IMG/VR virus record: IMGVR_UViG_3300031555_004942
Location: 32,001 to 96,000 of that record
Strand: one strand, 5' to 3'
Length of the DNA: 64,000 nt
From: a virus
Taxonomy: Duplodnaviria > Caudoviricetes
Under the pieces are notes generated by a model. It saw only the letters and a list, made by a program, of their open reading frames with translations, was not told the origin of the DNA and searched no databases. A program made the position numbers and the translations under genes. Shown here in pieces: positions 63,301 to 64,000 of the stretch (position 1 is its first letter; each line of letters opens with the position of its first letter).

Positions 63301-64000
63301 AAAGAAATAAAAAAGCAGAAAATGCTCGTAAAGAATATAATAGAACAATAGATAAAGGTGGACCTTTTACAGAAAAAGATAGGGGATTTTTTAAAAACAA
63401 AAGAGAAACAATTAAAAACATGCCACATACTTCTTTGTCTTCTACCTTAAGAAAAACAACTATTGATGCTGATATTGCAAGAGTAGAAGATAATATTGAT
63501 TCTATGTTTATTGGTAGTCATCATAAAAGACAACAAAGATATAATGAGTTATTTCATGCAAAACGATATAGTAAACGTAGTTTTAAACCAACAAAAATAA
63601 AAAATGTTCAGAGAAATGCTTTAATTCCAACAACAGGGATAGCTGTTAGTGAAAATACCAACATTCCTAACAAACAAGGATGGTTTAGTCAAAAATGGCA
63701 TGGATTTAAAGACAGATTAAGAGAAGAAATTGCTTTTCGTGAAGCACGAGGAGAATACAGAGTCGGAAAATTAAGACAAAAAATAAATAATCGTTTTGGG
63801 CATAATAAAGGATTTACAGATATTCCATGGACTAATGATCCTTCATTAATGTTACCTCTTGGACAAAATACTAATAACATTCCTCAAAAACAGGGATGGT
63901 TAAAAAAAGGTTGGAATAAAACAAAATCCGCTATTTTAAAGCCATATAAATTTTTAGACAATAAAGTAAAAAATAGTCAGGCGGCTGCAAATATGGCATC
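51324..64000 (+). CDS. giant (>4,200 aa, 3'-truncated) tape-measure polyprotein: DEDDh exonuclease + two-barrel RNA polymerase + PD-(D/E)xK nuclease + tape-measure domain
   Basis: One frame from ATG 51324, open at every point translated and at the window end; absence from the track fits a missing stop. Motifs DFETIG/GHN..FD/HTAEYD; RFP...NLDFDGD; GTFD/DYKT/QL; AKELGVTT..VA.SA..F.RMG. Confidence 0.85.
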   Translation, partial: MDKDIKKNETTGFWDTKKWRNFLSDMQRNAGSLGINSEVSELMKKTLSDNAFKADFKGVQKLFGQIQDLQGGLDALKTIKNSSTNLYKDFVHNLYGTTSGSDYLKEYTSQQIKRLNQVKSIVSGQEKELTWATKMIENGTIIAEGYNLAGNKVRRREYTQGKSKPVFSKGVDYDRSGKISASYSPYRYNDVNSRGDVVSRGGMLKTHYDKNGTVVNQDIVDYRTSKSITQPVSKTYRPNQVLKSTYKGVGPTNNDIFIMGNQRYSKFVSNSPIQLDNQKDKFGRYNGALERLRQGIDESIANIVNQGTQAIDKMSVSTVKGSNSRKISTSSFKGIDPKKMNYFDFETIGQLGLGNFMPTQFSVRHQDGKVDSKVLKMSQKGQEYISGILKDLKSGNWGNLNNDKLRDLTHMADFSVINGKIATKHENFSGIRPDQITGNLLANIESGFEILKNAEKYTNGTADAKSAIENMLKSTKGTMVGHNIRSFDNEVFKQLGVDFSDFKFLDTLEMAKKYYNYGDMRQHISGGKSVHKRLMGFSQSHLQDFFNIDMSDLLKQGINQHTAEYDTELNKRIAEAMFKEINSNQVKNRYVGGKVGSVKVGQVGTATKGHFRQHAYDFKTDAMGKVLRKSENEWNDLLMRSGGQYAYEGKTSITDTKGVARNFAKFFDLNSGESVYKYVADDVDLGKFMSDIFNGHFSTIKDTTTSAKASIFRGDTGYANLSALMSALQGNSVSQRQQYRANMLKEADGGKFITMAQQIYKGLEGSGLSDIQKSLALELMGSKMGMSQQKMFSMNNIRDLISLSSGGTVNGTVSALKTFLGKNKQFFANSLEYSSLFEDIDIASRGMSDSAMGTSGDNFYGIYQRIAEQLRGSDFAKQYESQLKFNKDVYKNGYDINSIVKKSIEDVNKFVSNTGEDALERIYSSSSSEIKSALDGKSLNKRLGNLQKLGVLKDTSMVATKSISEQLSKSIKGLQESGIGTRISLSGDGTGLNLSLFDSADSKSISFNSEGKMILDPNRSASVYIPLDKGNGILDDNGMLKTNMMTTTYDGESGFKLTTLQDKMIESITRVLDSGSIRKNMSEGKFSAINSALFHAKQNALNLSPSAGTYKQGSIWNDYEDSFKVGASPEQMAIRTSMVNLTDGIVNLLDQNYDITPNNTESYNYSQAIQHVMDYAALLSKGIPNINDMISGENSPYSWMIKNGKEGAFEKTTSHLQKLVSNLPMNLSAIKEAAYLNQTYGLLGTGGFAPGFEWHPEDQRNIAQSHNRLKLKKATGYAKEAMKKDVFTSDVAKIFGFTPQDTVEAGLVTEQHVYEGYKKMYEAQMRDEGKIKPETDAWNKELKRRMSSSPMLSVENDSGIIAKDFADSAFYSMEKSMTVNEEDFYKILNGKTIQNIEKSGLHVLDKGYNLSQMSIGNKTIHDGDILKSVTNNGDGTYFLKMEEILNMGKNAHSKAISGSGNRFTVGLANSDLMKYIAEAAGLSSVPTMFLKKKLEPSEDENGNKVYKNELKQKDIAGAWNERLQKIFSDYLSQGGDNNIQSLYNSLPKQMQKYFSISDGQLKGSSYFDGTSWKIKGSNEELFENESDMKHFFDLNQTGLIAQTAKNLGVTYDPNMIRTAVNMANEYSYFSGFGYNPDEAEFDSKHKVTMKEQDAVRRKIGALKTKDNTFETFSKHMADYITKSELQLQPLRQKATRIDKIVSTAANANASEAKKAIALGERTLKVVDRSINSELADDEISLHSLGNHRGITKDGKISENAWKNTSAGIFAERAKKLGWGEDYQIVYEGQPVQITTGEGHVMQGSTMVFGNHGSEIKKGKVAPSSLDSSADRVWNALKAIKTGTYQGDIPADEYVANLYSSYLKDTYDMTHSKESPLFQELNSKRLTNATAGKAAGTNYVQMRADFGNAYSNAVMVNPEHLKEMLSIDKKNVSKEDYNAYKQNLQWMYEDLVPQNNRIKNMNSVSSLIDGIVNAVTIENSTSGPLTKGLESMFHRFPSTNGLDEYFGQLFVSKGLQKGNISVGAGLALRENLDFDGDVQYAALLGLNNKFKDKNEWNKFRKENTKIRTWDENISKKLQAKVLSEANVENSDVYDSENVVKALQQYNETVSTPVFSKKNFGKIGGLSNFSTAVRNKMKNAGIDETSSSATIEQKANAIMTRSVFELFEQDAISSKKVAQRMLSKSEGNEKALIDDLDNFYKMLSSMDYSSKGAKWSSVFAEAERLGIFGKDGVFDTRQAHNAVSTIEELGRYHGYGGLKGGVAGRALLEKVFGKGTVGSFYDEKGNLLSGDVLKTAGVVSRDAYLKAVTAIDESLGKDSLSSAIYDEKNVIGRASQKSYEKAVREYMKTFSKNHGMGKMTNKDIYASGINGTTLIDNLSQESGQTVIPEVQQQGGQAGLALSQDAVAIIEAITNALNGQTAAWKENGMAVGNAIKNTNAMTVAQRKNAELMKNPVNARKAGLNVLPGENIMENYDNIVHSALSGSGQSMFTDELMFRNIRKAELDQETHKYFVDGKQQNIDFSLSQAGILGRENKTFTESFATSERKQLFKQYLNGEDIKIRNSLSDMPTVYSSANGNQIRDLRDLEDKAGYYFQDIAATERGRILGDVTHDMLDHYSQLSNTRLKSMTPDSFISQYFAGNVAGTKLNDLSKEWSLAGGTGSLLENLQGISGNTFKAINDLSIVGIDKLFKDASKNNLLSQSEQSFVGEIYDPVTGALKTFGGTFDAILKNMVVDYKTAKNPDVNKFAVQLEMLLRTIESYAGSGLNDSAVQELYSQISKAGIAIHNTQTGNTSAIQLTRPSNAALAKTMNYIQYSQSLQDMSEIRDPNFVDLVWTKGDLRRFSNNKLQNAYRNISEFLYQGSTSGGTSEENFQKFLSGFAKDGLTFKKNKGTSESNKGTSSWFVDDNGQRMVMSVDFANGRVSSPSSLKVRELISDEKGKYLSDEQTYSHYLNEYLKAYQRYNDFSLSDEEQRHATANFNKMREKLFNFEQQGFLTPEKINELRQAHLDSPEAEKMLKAIGEPPKEASQRNYVSAYQRLSEAQNKIRYQESLPTALRDSKVYDTEIMNAQKAQADLDKARLELYSKEGGGVRSDVEVQQLQQRLQDYVNFHPSMLGKIIPQEASYEDITRLANDDSKSAGYNKILSDRLAIIKQLVSAQNELNSLVNSGDKKAITNATAKRNQARAELDNINKIIGELNPYLIDANKQIVSDTMQEQDKILSGESANLEKGTKEYEQRKHMVEDFKKYNKEILDLQEKQHAIQTKMKQGKATTDDYAQLQHIQKQISDTQAIMPTLDKDGFISDKTGAKFKTTEAQQADIHHTFAQQERDYNKRIAEQTMLASGKKGLGNYLKNLGKQTIGYFSMSMSYKIIGMITQIFSSIIQKTKEFNKTMIDIQIVTRKSSNEVGDLVKEYNGYAKELGVTTQAVATSANQFLRMGYNAQETAKLIESSMKLSKLGMIEAGQAAEYLTSAIKGYQLSAQESEKVVDMATTLDMSYAVDAGYILSAMSRTATSAKLAKVEMSELQSMIAVIGETTQKDASVVGESLKTAFARYGNVKAGVAAKTNLSDLDEQSKDELEAVNDIERVLTTYNIDVRESDNKTWRSYSNIMKDINEQWAKYSDYEKNAIATAMFGTRQRENGLVVLEKYNEVLKANEKAINSEGTANKKYETYLTGVEAAQNRFTATWEKFINNINGSDGLKVWYNLLTQIVEMMNHWKLILGVIVAMKAPQIFTAFGKFSNSFGGFFTGAKKTWGSATSGFKEKGWSGVWQGTKQAFKDSWGDIETDAKNKLSLKAEVHEANNLLAQILQTLQGKDIDGDNDSNTTQSAGSKSSTQNNLNNQNVPISLLGNGQSNPRPSGGVNIIPSDGSVIPMGGTVKNVLSYGNNPILLGNGFVPQPVGNGIMSLPQGNIITDPSLMLPPAISGGPVGKAILLPKTAGGVNVIPSDGSVIPMGGTVGSVIDKKKKTTNKKEKAEARAKREQEKQKIKDAQKRNKKAENARKEYNRTIDKGGPFTEKDRGFFKNKRETIKNMPHTSLSSTLRKTTIDADIARVEDNIDSMFIGSHHKRQQRYNELFHAKRYSKRSFKPTKIKNVQRNALIPTTGIAVSENTNIPNKQGWFSQKWHGFKDRLREEIAFREARGEYRVGKLRQKINNRFGHNKGFTDIPWTNDPSLMLPLGQNTNNIPQKQGWLKKGWNKTKSAILKPYKFLDNKVKNSQAAANMA
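62901..63196 (+). repeat. 56-bp direct repeat, two copies (GGVNxIPSDGSVIPMGGTV), inside the giant ORF
   Basis: 62901-62956 versus 63141-63196, three mismatches. Confidence 0.85.

Noticed and set aside
55813-63880. Short ORFs listed in the track after 51.3 kb
   Set aside because: Shadow frames overlapping the single giant ORF that starts at 51324
1-64000. Stop-codon reassignment
   Set aside because: Genes are full-length and densely packed under the standard code, ending in TAA, TGA or TAG
1-64000. tRNA or rRNA genes
   Set aside because: No cloverleaf or T-loop signature noticed in intergenic regions; tRNAscan-SE would be needed to exclude them

Overview
AT-rich 64-kb segment of a large, probably SPbeta-related tailed phage of a Firmicute (Gram-positive AAGGAGG RBSs, sigmaA-type promoters). 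Positions 1-12.7 kb are a leftward cluster of small accessory or early genes. It includes an RNAP alpha-CTD protein, an ECF-sigma-like protein, a DUF932 protein, small ORFs overlapped by antisense sigmaA promoters, and repeated RNA hairpins. A divergent promoter and 42-bp repeat region lies at about 12.9-13.1 kb. The rightward arm encodes a YonO-like single-subunit RNA polymerase, a Zn-ribbon protein, HU, a GT2 glycosyltransferase, a phosphoesterase, tail-fibre-like genes, terminase (class 3 mini-intein), portal, head and tail genes, a beta-CASP nuclease, ClpP, RecU, a tyrosine recombinase and lysis genes. Two observations stand out. (1) An ORF missing from the supplied track starts at 51324 and stays open past the window end (>4,200 aa). 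In order it joins a DEDDh exonuclease, a two-barrel (beta+beta'-like, NLDFDGD) RNA polymerase, a RecB-like PD-(D/E)xK nuclease and a tape-measure domain. (2) Four copies of an approximately 90-bp intergenic element with tandem NrdR-like boxes precede late or structural gene blocks rather than nrd genes. All calls come from manual motif reading; no searches were run.
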